A stretch of 64,000 nt of DNA from Folioceros fuciformis (Eukaryota), in contig JBNGIO010005379.1 of assembly GCA_049999805.1 (NCBI GenBank), forward strand, positions 1 through 64,000, read 5' to 3'. The notes under the pieces are model-generated. The model was not told the DNA's origin. It worked only from the letters and a program-made list of their open reading frames with translations, and did not search any database. This document shows, one piece after another, positions 1 through 12,021 of the stretch; positions within the stretch are counted from its first letter, which is position 1; each line of letters starts with the position of its first letter. Made by a program: the position numbers and the translations under genes.

Positions 1-60
1 CGGCCCCAGGTCCCCGCGCTCAATGCGGCCCCAGGTCCCCGCGCTCAATGCGGCCCCAGG
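1..60. repeat. GC-rich 25-bp tandem repeat (2.4 copies; probably continues off the window edge)
   Basis: cggccccaggtccccgcgctcaatg at 1-25 and 26-50, partial copy at 51-60; followed by a short direct repeat gtaggtgaaagc at 61 and 77. Confidence 0.85.
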
Positions 61-798
61 GTAGGTGAAAGCCAAGGTAGGTGAAAGCTATTGAGAGTGT
101 TAGTCCTCCAAAGAGGCAATTGCCACGCCATGGTGGCTTATATATATATGCACATATATGCATACATTAATTTCTTCATGCATATATATGAAGATACATA
201 CATACATACATTGATTTCTTCGTGTAGATTCTGACGGAAGGGCCCACAAATTGTGGAAAAGTAGTTACCACGACTGATGGAGTTCACAAAATTCCGTGTC
301 ATTGGCGGAGTTCACAAAATTCCGAGACACGTCATTGGCACACTGGCGTCTTCCTTCCGCGGCCCCTCCTGTCTCCTCCATGTTTTGAGTCTGCAATCTT
401 CTGTCTTCACGGGCCTCTGAGAGCTCCTCCAAACCTTCAGATTCCGAGTCCACTTATCTTCTAGGTCGCAGCCTCTGCCGTTCCTCGTATCATTTTCTCT
501 CGCGCTCTCCATGATCAGTAACACAGTTTTTTCACTTGACCAATGAACTCCTCCGACCATTTTCTCCCCAGCTGTCATTGGAGCTCCTTCCTTGAACTGT
601 GTTTGCAGCGTCTAATACAAGCGTGCACTCTTACTGGCAGCAACTGCCAGCACAAAGCACACAAGACAGGAGTCAGTACACGCTTTGACCTCCACCTGTC
701 CACCGATGGCAGCTGCCAGCGACGCTAACCTAGAGCACCGCCATTGCTTCTGTCGCCTCCTCTCCCTGATCAAGAGCAGCAGGCTCATGACACTTCGT

Positions 799-3539
799 TT
801 ACTGCAAATCCCCGCACGAACAGACGCCGTTCACGAAACGATGAAGGCGATGAGCGTCCCTCACGATAATCTCCCGTCGTTCAAGCCTGGACATCACCTT
901 TGTCCCACTGTGGCACGCATTGCACATCCTCAAGTTCTTGGTTATCAGCAAGCTCGTGCCATCCGGAGTGTTTAGCAGGCCATAAGCAAGAGCCAGTTTC
1001 TCTGCATGCCCACACAGCCCATCTTCTTCCTTATCTGTCTCAAGTCTCGCACTCGCCCCTTTCTGCCTGGCGAGCGCGTTCACACTCTTCAGCTTGCGGG
1101 ACACGTCATCCTGCTCCTCGCCTACCACGAATGTCTCCACCTTATGATTCACCTCGATCCAGGCCTTTGCAGGTTTCTTGCAAGCACCTGCGAACCTTCG
1201 CAACCTTTCTACCCTGCCTACGTCTTCCCACCTACCAGCATCTGCATATATGGCACCCAAAATTGTGTAAGCCGCAGCATTCTGCGGCTCCGTCCTAACG
1301 ATGTGCTCAAAACATCGACTTCCACGCTCCACATCACTGTGTCTTTTGCAGGCGCTGAGCAAACAAGTCCATGCCACAACGTCGTCCACAAAAGGCATGC
1401 TCACCACCACCTTCTCTGCACCATCTAGTTGACCGGACCGACCTAGTAGGTCAACCATGCACACATAGTGATCGACACCAGGAGCAATGCCATGGTCCTC
1501 CATCATTGCTTGGAAATACAACTGACCCTGGCACAGCAGACCAGCATGACTGCATGCCGCAAGAACGCAAACAAAGGTATTCGCATTCGGCGCCACCCCC
1601 TGCTCCTGCATTTCCTGAAAACAACCCAACGCCATTTCAGCCATGTTATGTTGTCCATACCCATGCATTAGAGCATTCCACGTCACGACGTTCTTTATCG
1701 GCAATCTGTCAAACACCTTCCGAGCATCTTCCAAGTTCCCACATTTGGCATACATGTCCACCAGGCTGCTGCCTACCGCCACCTCCGCCTCTAGTCCAAG
1801 CTCCTTAATCTGGGAATGAACAGTCTTACCTTGCTGCAAAGCTCCTGTGCTGGCACATGCCTTCAGCAAACACACCAACGTCACATGGTTGGCTGGAGCT
1901 AAGCCCTCTCGCTGCATCCTGTCATAAAGACACAGCGCTTCCTGGCAACAATCCTGTTGAGCATAGCCTAAAATCAGGGCAGTCCATGTTATCACGTCTC
2001 TCTCGGGCAATCTGTCAAATACCCCTTGCGCATCTGATATGCTGCCGCATTTTGCATACATGTCCACCAGACTGTTTCCCACTACCACATCACGGTCCAG
2101 CCCTTTTTCCTGAATGTCTGCATGAAGTTGCTTCCCCTCACTTAAAGCTCCAACAAGGGCACACGCTTTCAGCAGGCAAACAAAGGTGACTTGGTCCGCT
2201 GCTAAACTAATACCCTGCTCTCGCATACCTTTGTACAGTGACATAATTTCTTCACCCAGCTCACGCTGGGCATATCCTGCAAGCATGGAGTTCCATGTCA
2301 CCACATCCCTTGTGGGTAACCTGTCAAAAACCCGTCGGGCATCTTCTAAGCTCCCACATTTGGCATACATGTACACCAGGCTGCCACCGACAACCACGTC
2401 TGCTTCCAGTCCCCTTTCCACAATCTGGCAGTGAAGCTGCTTGCCTGCTGACAAAGATCCGATGCTGGCACATGCTTTCAGAAGGCAGACAAATGTGAAA
2501 GGATCAGCGGCATCGCCACCACCGTGTTGCATACTTCCATACAGAGACAGTGCTTCTTGACCAAGGCCATGCTGAGAGTAGCCTGCAATCATCGAATTCC
2601 ATGTTATAGCATCTTTTGTAGGCATTTTATCAAACACCCTGCGTGCCTCCTGTATGGTGCCACATTTGGCATACATGTCTACAAGGCAATTGCCAACAAT
2701 CACATCCGCCTCCAGTTCTCGCTTCTGAATCTCAGCATGAAGCTGCTGGCCGTCATGTAAAGCTCCAACAGCAGCACAAGCTTTCAGCAGACACACGAAC
2801 GTGACAGCATTGGCCTCAGTGCTGCCCTCCTGTTGCATGCGTGCATACAGCGCAAGGGCTTCCTGAGCACACCCATTCTGAGCATACCCTGCAAGCATCA
2901 CATTCCATGTGACGACGTCTCTTGCCTGCAAGCTGTCAAAAACGTTACGGGCATCCTCTAACCTCCTGCATTTTGCGTACATGTCCACCAAGCAATTGCT
3001 GACAAATATATTAGGCGCAACCGAACTTCCCAAGACATTTGCATGAACCTCCTTGCCAGCTGCTAAAGCTGCTTCACTGGCACATGCTTTCAGAACCGCC
3101 ACAAAGACATGATTATCGAGCTTCACACTCACTTGTGGGATTTGTTGATACAGTTCTATGGCCTTCTTAGCGTGTCCATGCTTAGCATATGCCAAGATGA
3201 TGGAAGCCCATGTGAAAGAGTCTGGTGCAGCGACTTGGTGAAACACCTCCGTTGCGTCCTGCAGGCGCCCATGTGAGACGTACATGCGGATGATGTGATT
3301 GGCTAGATACGCGTTCGACGCGTAGCCGCTTGTAAGAGTGAGAGCATGGACACGACAGCCAAGGATTAGATCTTTCTTGGCACAGCAGCCCTTGAAGACA
3401 CGGTAGAACAGAGATGTTGGAATATGGGCTCCTTCCTCCACCAGGAGATTCAATGTGTCAATGGCCTCACCCAGTTGTCCCTCCTCCCATGATCCCCTCT
3501 GACTTCCAGGAGCCTCTGCAGCCACAGGCTCAAGTAGCC
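799..3539 (-). CDS. PLS-class PPR protein with E domains and a DYW:KP deaminase-like domain (ends DLQ); 5' exon(s) not resolved
   Basis: Repeated P-L-S motifs (VVTWNxMxAGY, VTFVCLLKACA, NCLVDMYAKCG); C-terminus KKPAKAWIEV...CGHAEKLALAYGLLNTPDG...KNLRMCNACH...CSCGDLQ. The ORF has no ATG near its start; a candidate acceptor ttgcag|G lies at ~3540. Confidence 0.93.
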
Positions 3540-5357
3540 TGCAAGTTTGATTCAGAATCTATGAGAAACAGAAAGCTTGAGCAGCTACGAAGGACGTAAC
3601 ATCCAAACATCACAGGGCAACGGCCGTGGGCCTTTCATATCCTCGCAATCATGTGACCAAAGATCGCTGCGTATGACCAAAACAGGAAACTCTATTGTGG
3701 AATTCATAAGGAGACATTGGATGGACTGTGCGCTAAGGTGTCCGATGGGATGCCTCTGTTGATGCACACGTTTGCAGGATAAAAATGATTTACAGGTGTT
3801 GACAAGGCTGAGATGGAGGCACTACCTTGTTCCACGAATTGACGGCCACCAGCATCCCTGGCTCCCCTGGAAACCACCTGAACATAAGAGCCTGAAAGCT
3901 TCTCAGCTGCCAAGCAACGACGAAGCAATGTGGCAATAGAAGGAATTTCTTGGACCAGTTGGCAACTCACTGGGCATACTTGGAGACGTGCGTGGATTTG
4001 CCGCGGACCGAAATAGGGATCGATGACCGCACCATTCCCCCAGCGAGGAATGGTGGTTTCGGGGACTCTGGTTGTTTGGCCTAAGCTATGCACACCGCCC
4101 CTCTTCATCAGTGCTAAAATCAGAAACCCGCTCTACACAGAGACATCCTTCTCGGCCTCCTCGGACTGGACAAGTTGCAGTGGTGCTGAAATTCCAGCGC
4201 CAAGCGCTGATGAGACTGTGCCGCTGCTCACGTCTTCCCTGCCCTGGCGGCTGACACACATTCAGGCCGTGTAGAACTGGTGGTTGAGGGGCACACATGA
4301 AAGGAGAAATTACTGATCGGAGACAAAAGGAAGTGCGCAGGTATGCATCTGGTGTCTGAGGAAGGCAAACCGGCCTATTCCCATGCTTCGCAAATTAACA
4401 CCCTGTCATGCCATACGCGTGATTGATGGTAGAAGTAGCGCTCGTGCTCGTTGCTCGCAGTGGCTGTACTTTAAAGCGACTGCAGCTGGAAAACTGTGAA
4501 CATGGGTGAGCTCCTCATCCAGGAAACATTTTCGAGCTCCAACCATGAAGCGAAAGCAGGCTGCTCGCGATCCGCACTCTCCTCAAATCTCAGACCAGTC
4601 ACCACCTTCCACAAGTGCTCACCACTGCATACTGGCATCTCACCAGGTTGGCAGAAGGGTATGTCTCAGATAGTCTGGTGCCTTGCAGATTTGTCTCGAG
4701 CAGCGTGCGTAAGGTTGGGCGCCCCACAGACTCATAAAGGCTGCTTGGGCACTGCCGCAGTGCGTAAGGGCACGGTAGTGGCTGATGCAAAATCGTCCAT
4801 GGAAATTTTAGCGCCTGTGGTCGCGGTGTATGCAATACTCAGCCACCTGATGATGAGGGTGAAAAATTAGATTCGCACCTTGCTACAACTGCCGAATACT
4901 GAAAGGCCTCGCCTGTGGGGACTGCGAATGTGAAGGTTGGGCAGACCTACGACCATCTATGCAGGTTAGGAAGCTTGTGCGATCCCCCTGGTTTGCTGAA
5001 TTAGGGCTGCAGAGAAGGAAGAGTGTTTTGCTTAGCATTACTAAACACTTGAGCCTTCGTCCGTGCGTGATCGTTTAAGGGTGTGCAGGTTTTCGGATAT
5101 GGCTTCAGGTTCCTGTTTTGTGAAACACTGAGAGAGCCTCAGAGCTGCATCGAAAGTCGTGGGCTCACAGGACCTGCTTGTATCCACAACTCCAGCATGT
5201 TGACCTGATGCTCGCACTTCTGCACCGTGCTCTTGTGGTCGTGAATTCTGCACCAGCTTGTTGTGGAAAATGCCGGTGGCAACCAAGAAACGAAACGTTC
5301 CTCACAAAAAACGCGTTTGAATGCGACCCAGGCAGTCCGGGTTTGAAGGCGTCAGGC

Positions 5358-6933
5358 TTAGCTCTCTGCTTCCGGTGCGTCTGGTGAGGCCTGGGGAGGA
5401 GGAGGCGAACGAGCCCTTTCGAGGTCGGCAGCGACGGGGGTGATGATGATCTTCTTTTCATCGAAGTCGATAACACAATGGTCAGGGCCGTCCGGGACGG
5501 TCTCCTCCTCTCCGATCCCGCCTTTGACGCCATGTGTTTTGTAGTATGCGTACAGGGCCAGCTGAACTCCACCTAACACAGTTCCTAGGCCGTTGGGAAG
5601 CTGCAATTTGAGACGGAACAAATGTCAGTTTCGACAAGCGGTGTTTCTCGCCGTCGGCGACTGAATCAAGGCGAGGGTGCATCTTACGATTATAAACACG
5701 TCTGCCGCAAAACATCCATACGCTGTCCACAAGCAACCATTGAGGAAGGAAGCCAAGGACAAGAGAAATGGCATGTACTGCACGCTCCTTGTCTTCACCA
5801 CCAGTTTCTGGTGGAAACAACAAGTACATGCGTCAGGTATGCACGTATTGATCAGTCGGAATAGTAGAGATGGCGTGGGAAGAGAGGGCAAGCAGCTTAC
5901 CATCGCTGCGAGAGGTGAAGCATACATCAAGGTCCCAATAATCACGCAAACGGATCCTACAACTACACCTTGTGAGTGATTAGGCAACGCAAACACCACC
6001 ACCAGAACCAGAATCGCGTAGAATGCAGACACGGCCAGGAGCATGTAGAAGACATGAAGCTGCATACAATGAATCCGGGTGGATGTGTGAGGCTCACTGA
6101 TAATCGCATTTCAACCTGAGACCTGGCACATGCAGTACAGCTAGCCTGACTGAATGTGTCGATTGCGATTTGGTTGGTCGAACAGCACAATGGTCAGTCC
6201 CGACGCTAGTGATTATTCACTGTCTGTGATGAGGCAAAGATGGCGGGAATTTGAACGTGGAGCGGAATATCTTTACCTTGTCTTTTTTGGGAGCAAGAGC
6301 CAAGAAAATGAGCAGATACATCGCCTCCAATACAAGGCCAGCTCCGTTGATGGTAAGAACCAAAGTGAGAGATTTCACCGCCCCGTAGAGCAACCATAGC
6401 AGGCAATTGAGAAGAGTGCAAACATATGGAACAGCCGAGTATTCTCCCGTGCTCTTTGTTTTCAAGATGTTGAAGAATGTGGGCCTGAAAAGTTGAAGTT
6501 GTCATTCTTTGATTCGTTTCTTGGTTTGGATAGAAGCTAACATCCAGTGGTGACAAACAATGAAAGCACGCTATCTTGTTCTCCGACATACACCCTAATC
6601 AATTCCTTTGTTTCGGACCATCTATTAGTTACAAACTTATGTGCTGGAAATACAAGTTGTGAAGGGGCTGGATTGGTTGTTGGTATAGATACGCACGCCG
6701 GTGAGAGAAACAAGAACATGGAAGTGACGTTTCCTGCAACACAAACACATTACAGAAGAAAAGATCTTGAGGCTTGTGAATTCCCTTACAACTTCCACAA
6801 AATTCGTGGACACCAGAAGTCAGTCATCTTTCGCCTTCAAGTTGGCTCCATTATTGGCAAGGGCAAGAGAAGGGTTTGCAACATGCAGAATTGTCATACC
6901 AATCACTCCCAGAACAAACATGGCCAGCATCAT
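5358..6933 (-). CDS. SWEET: SWEET (MtN3/saliva) sugar transporter, 6 exons
   Basis: Exons read MMLAMFVLGVIG / NVTSMFLFLSP / PTFFNILKTKSTGEYSAVPYVCTLLNCLLWLLYG...TINGAG / ...MYASPLAAM / KLVVKTRSVQYMPFLLS / LPNGLGTVLGGVQLALYAYY, joined by GT-AG introns. Confidence 0.93.
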
Positions 6934-8204
6934 CTTGGCAGCGCCGTCGGACGTCCGTCTAGAGCAAGAATTGATTTATGCAGAGGGTGTCGACCGGCTC
7001 CACCCCCGGTCGCTAGCACAGGTCCACCGTGGTCTACGCAAGGATGAAGTGCGAAAGCATGCTCTGCTAAGATGACAGAAGGAGCAGAGAAGGACAGACA
7101 GGCGCTAACTTCCAAGGACACATTACAACAGACGGCGTAGCAGCCAGGGCACGGTGACAGTCGCGCGATGGAGGAGGGACGGATGGAAGCAACCAAGGAA
7201 TACACGGAAAGAACAACAAGGAAGTCCGCGGGGGAGGAGTCTGCAGCCGTTGTGAGCCTGCTGCCTCCCGGAGCCACGTCCGCAAATGGATAAGCTTACT
7301 CGGAGTCCGTGCGAGACGGAAGTAGTACATACATACATGTATGTAGGTGGGTTAGGGCTTAGGGANNNNNNNNNNNNNNNNNNNNNNNNNNNNNNNNNNN
7401 NNNNNNNNNNNNNNNNNNNNNNNNNNNNNNNNNNNNNNNNNNNNNNNNNNNNNNNNNNNNNNNNNTGTACATGTACCGTAGAGCACATTCTCGTTTCCAT
7501 CAAAGTATGAGGGGTAGGATTAAACAACTTTTTTTTTCAAAATATTTTATATATAAATTAAATAAAAAAACTTTAAATAGAGATTAAAAAATTTTAAGAT
7601 TGATAATGATATAAGTGAAATTAGGTAAAAAAAACAAAAAAAAATAGTAGAAAAAAAATGATGAAATCTTATGTAAAGCTACATAACAAATCATATTGCC
7701 CTGTGGAACAAACATGTGTTACATTCCATCCACCCTAATGGAACAAGCATGTGCTACATTTTTAACATAGCAACTCCTAAAAAAGGTGGAGTTGTAGTAG
7801 CCATTGATAGTTTGTAAGTTGAGTGGTGTGCATGGTTTCTAGTGTAGCATTTCCCTAGTTGCACGAGATAAAAGACTAAGGCAAGAGACTTTAAGAACAC
7901 TCATTCCTTAAGAGGGAGCTCTATTGTAAGTTTACTTTGGAGAGCAAGAGTCTTAAAAAAAGTTAAGGGTAGTAGCCAATTAGATGTAGATTGCCAAAAT
8001 TTTGCTGTAAGTATTTTTAAATAAAGAGCAGCATCTCGAGGAGGTGATTTGTAAGCTATTTGAGTAGGTGGTTTATACCTTGTGAGTGGACAGAGAAAGG
8101 AAATTTATAAGGTGGACAAATGGAAGCAGTTTATAAGGTGGACAAATGGAGGTAGTTTATATGGCATAAGTGGTCAATGGGCTACTTGTAGTCTTCTGTT
8201 ATGT

Positions 8205-9812
8205 CTTGAAAGTTGAGTATGATTAGGGTTGAGCACTATACTCTTGTGCAAGTAGCTTAGGTTATGTGGTCAAAGTCGAATTCTATTACAGTTGAGTGTT
8301 GTACTTTGTACAAGTAGTCTAGGCTATGTCGGGAAAATTAAGTACGATTAGACTTGAGCAAGTAGCCTAGTGCTATGTCATGAAAGTTGAGTACCATTAG
8401 AGTTGAGCACTGTAATCTTATGCAAGCTCATAGCCTAGGCTTTGTTGTGAAAGTTGAGTATGACTAGAGTTGAGCATTGTAATCTTATACAAGCTTGTAG
8501 CCTAGGTTATGTCGAGAAAGTTGAGTTCGATTAGAGTTGAGCATTGCAATCTTACCTAAGTGTGTAGTCTAGCTTGTGTCGTGAAAGTTGAATGCGATTA
8601 GAGTTTATTACTGTTCTCCTGTACAGGGTTGTGAAAGTTGAGTATCATTAAAGTTGAGCATTGTACTCTTGTGTAATGTCGTAAAGTATAGTTCAGTACA
8701 ATTAGAGTTGAATGCATCACTCTTATGCAAGGAGCCTAGTGATGTGCCATAAACATTGAATAAGATTAGAGTTGAGCATTATTCAATACTCTTGTGCAAG
8801 TAGCCTCGTGCTATGTCATAAAAGTTGAGTACGATTAAAGTTGAGCGTTGTTCTTTTGTGTAGTGTTGTGAAAGTTAAGTATGATTGAAGTTGAGCACTG
8901 TATTCTTATGCATGTAATCTAGTGATGTGTTGTAAAAGTTGAGTGTGATTAGAGTTAAGCATTGTTCTTTTGTGTAGTGTTGTGAAAGTTTAGTATGATT
9001 GAAGTTGAGCGATGTACTCTTGTGGAAGTAGCTTAGTGATATGTCATAAAATTTGAGTTCGATTATGAAAGTTGAAATTAGTACTATTGTGCAGTGTCGT
9101 TAAACTTGAGGAAGATTAGGGCACATTACTCTTGTACAAGTAGCCTAATGATATGTCTTGAAAGTTGATTACGATTAGATTCTTATACAAACAATGTTGT
9201 GAAAGTTGAGTACGATAAGAGTTGAGCTTTAGACTCTTATACNNNNNNNNNNNNNNNNNNNNNNNNNNNNNNNNNNNNNNNNNNNNNNNNNNNNNNNNNN
9301 NNNNNNNNNNNNNNNNNNNNNNNNNNNNNNNNNNNNNNNNNNCTCTTATACAATGTTGTGAAAGTTGAGTACAATTAGAGTTGCATGTTATACTCTTGTG
9401 TAAGTAGCCTAGAGTTGTGTTATGAAAATTGAGTGCCATGACAGTTGAGTGCTTTACTCATGTGTAAGAGCCTAGTGTTGTGTTATGAAAGTTAAGTACG
9501 ATTACAATTGAGTGCTTTACTCTTGTGCAAGAGCCTAGTGTTGTGTTATGAAAGTTAAGTACGATTACAATGAAGTAGTTTACTCTTGTGCAAGTAGCCT
9601 AGTGTTGTGTTATGAAAATTGAGTGCGATTATAGTTCAGTTGTTTATTTTTTGTACAAGTAGTCTAGTATTATGTTATGAAAATTGAGTGTGATTATAGT
9701 TCAGTTGTTTATTTTTTGTACAAGTAGTCTAGTATTATATTATGAAAATTGAGTGTTATTATAGTTCAGTAGTTTACTCTTTGTACAAGTAGCCTAATAT
9801 TGTATCATGAAA
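8205..9812. repeat. Degenerate ~50-64 bp tandem satellite array, interrupted by a gap at 9243-9342
   Basis: Approximate consensus gaaagttgagtacgattagagttgagcattgtactcttgtgcaagtagcctagtgttgtgttat, repeated roughly 20-25 times; AT-rich; no ORF. Confidence 0.9.
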
Positions 9813-10174
9813 GAAATTAATCCATAGGAAGAAAATTAACCCCCACCAAGTACACCTGAAAGCAATAGTTGCAGCACTAAAAATATTATTACTGCTGCAA
9901 GTGGGCATCTCGACATGTACAAGGATGTGGGCAGCCGCTTAATTAAATATAATAACGCAAGTGTAGATCTTTTGTTATTAAATGTAATTATCGGCCACCT
10001 TAGGAGCATTACTGCAGACGCGGTTTCTTGAGCTGAAGGCGTCCCTACCTCCACGTGACACAGTAGGAATATACGTGCGCACGCGCTTTCGTGGAGTGAG
10101 CTCTACTCTATGGAATCAGGAAAGAAAAGCAGGGACGACGCAAAGTGAGAGCTACCTGTGCAGCTGAGAAGAAC

Positions 10175-11293
10175 ATGGATTCCAGAGCCAGCAGAGGCAA
10201 AGGTGAAGGCAAAGGCAGGACGGATCTGGGAGTGGAGGTTGAGGACGGCGACACCCTGCGGATCGGGGAAGTGACCATCAACTTCAAACGGACCTTACGA
10301 ATCCCCGATGACAAGGAGACATACCCGCTCCCGCCAGACCTGGGCTCCTTCCCCATACGAAGAGTGACGGATTATGCCGACAAGGTGCCGGAGAGCTGGC
10401 GCAAGCATGGCGGGGTTTTCCTCCCCATGTACCAGCGGGAGGCCATGTGGCTCAGTTTCGGCGGCCAGTCCTGGAGGCCTAATGCCTTGAAATTGGCTGT
10501 GGGCAAGGTGTGCGCCATCACGGGGAAGCCGTGGTCGGAGGAGCTGCATAAGGAGCCGCAGGACTACGTTGTGGTTCCCTCGCAGCCCTGGCTGGACGGC
10601 ATCAACTCTGGCCACGACACCATCAGCCAGTTCATTGCCATGCCACTAGGGATGGGGTACACGGTTGAAGGTCAGGTGACTGGCGAGGAGAAACATGGCG
10701 GTCTCCAGATTTGTGTGTTCGAGCCTACCGAAGGATTCTTCCCGGAGTATACCCCTAGCAGCAGGAGGACTTCGTATGCCAGGTACGAAAGCGACGGAGT
10801 AGGTCACACGAGTACGCCTGCATCAGCAATGCTAGACTACCACGTTGCCGAAGGATCAAAACCATTAGCACACAGGGTTAAGGCAGGCGGGACGGAAATG
10901 GGGATGGGAGCGGGAGGCAAGATGCGCCAAAAAATTTACGCGGACGAACACGGGCTGGAAGCGTGGGATCAAACCTCATACGCCAGGGTTTTCGTGCACC
11001 TGTGCAATTCAGCAATGTGGCGGGACATCACGGGAGAAGCTCCTCCGCAATCTCCAGTGTCGGCCCAGACATATGCGACATACGGTTTGCCGTGGTTTGA
11101 TCTGTACGATGAAAGGCGGACGGGATTGGATGCTTCTCCGTCGCTGGCCGCAATCAGGAGCGTGAAGGAGATGGACAAGGCTAAGGGCTTCGGATCTCAG
11201 CAAGACGACTCGTCTGTAGCCATTCCACCCCACCTCGTGCATACCAGCGTACCACCACCCTTGGCAAAGAAATGGCACGACGGAGAATGGTGA
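10175..11293 (+). CDS. Intronless 372-aa protein of a conserved, uncharacterised microbial-type family (RTLRIPDD..YPLPP.LG.FP / QPWLDG / QF.AMPLG.GYT)
   Basis: Single long globular ORF, ATG at 10175. Motifs INFKRTLRIPDDKETYPLPPDLGSFP, GGVFLPMYQREAMWLSF, PQDYVVVPSQPWLDG, QFIAMPLGMGYTVEGQVTG, MGMGAGGKMRQKIYAD, YGLPWFDLYDE. Confidence 0.85.
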   Translation: MDSRASRGKGEGKGRTDLGVEVEDGDTLRIGEVTINFKRTLRIPDDKETYPLPPDLGSFPIRRVTDYADKVPESWRKHGGVFLPMYQREAMWLSFGGQSWRPNALKLAVGKVCAITGKPWSEELHKEPQDYVVVPSQPWLDGINSGHDTISQFIAMPLGMGYTVEGQVTGEEKHGGLQICVFEPTEGFFPEYTPSSRRTSYARYESDGVGHTSTPASAMLDYHVAEGSKPLAHRVKAGGTEMGMGAGGKMRQKIYADEHGLEAWDQTSYARVFVHLCNSAMWRDITGEAPPQSPVSAQTYATYGLPWFDLYDERRTGLDASPSLAAIRSVKEMDKAKGFGSQQDDSSVAIPPHLVHTSVPPPLAKKWHDGEW

Positions 11294-12021
11294 CGCAGCT
11301 ACAGATATATCTACCTACACAGGACCTAGTTCTTTGGAGTTGAAGTCGGAGTCGGAGTCTAACATGTCCCTGCGTGGACACATGCCTGCTCAAATACTGC
11401 AGGGGAGGGACCCTTGTATCTCAACCTGTAATGAGGTAGCTATATATAGTTATGCAAGTATGTTAGCCCAAGGAAGTAGCCTCGAATGCTATCCCCTTGG
11501 GTTTTTTCCTTGTTTCTTGACATAATGCAAATATGTGAGCATGTCAGCCCTACGAAGAAGCCTCGAATGCAACCCCCCAAGGAACTGCCTCGAGTGCGCA
11601 ATCTCTTGGTTGCTACCTCACTTCTCGCTATGATTTGTTATAGCTTATTAACCAATATATATCTATCCTTTCATTGGAAAAATGCGAATAAAAGTATTTG
11701 AGTTGTGGTCAATAAATTCTCTTCCCTCTCCCGCAGCCCTGACAGGGACCTAGAACTGGGGGACGAGGAATGGAACGGGCTCGTGAAGCCAGAAGCCCAA
11801 GCACTACTTGTCGAGGAACGTGTACAGCATTTTCATACCCGGAAACCTGAAGCTCGAGAACATTTGTCTTCACGACTCGGCAACAAGCCACTACCACCGT
11901 CGCTGGGAGAGCGCTCCACATCCAACCAGGACGCGACCTTACGCTTGCCGACCAGCTCAAATTACGTATGGCACGGCACGGCATGGCAGGCAAGGCCAGG
12001 CCACGCCAAGCCACGCCACTA

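Noticed and set aside
8205-9812. Possible CRISPR array
   Set aside because: Whole units are degenerate copies with no unique spacers, there are no cas genes, and the context is eukaryotic.
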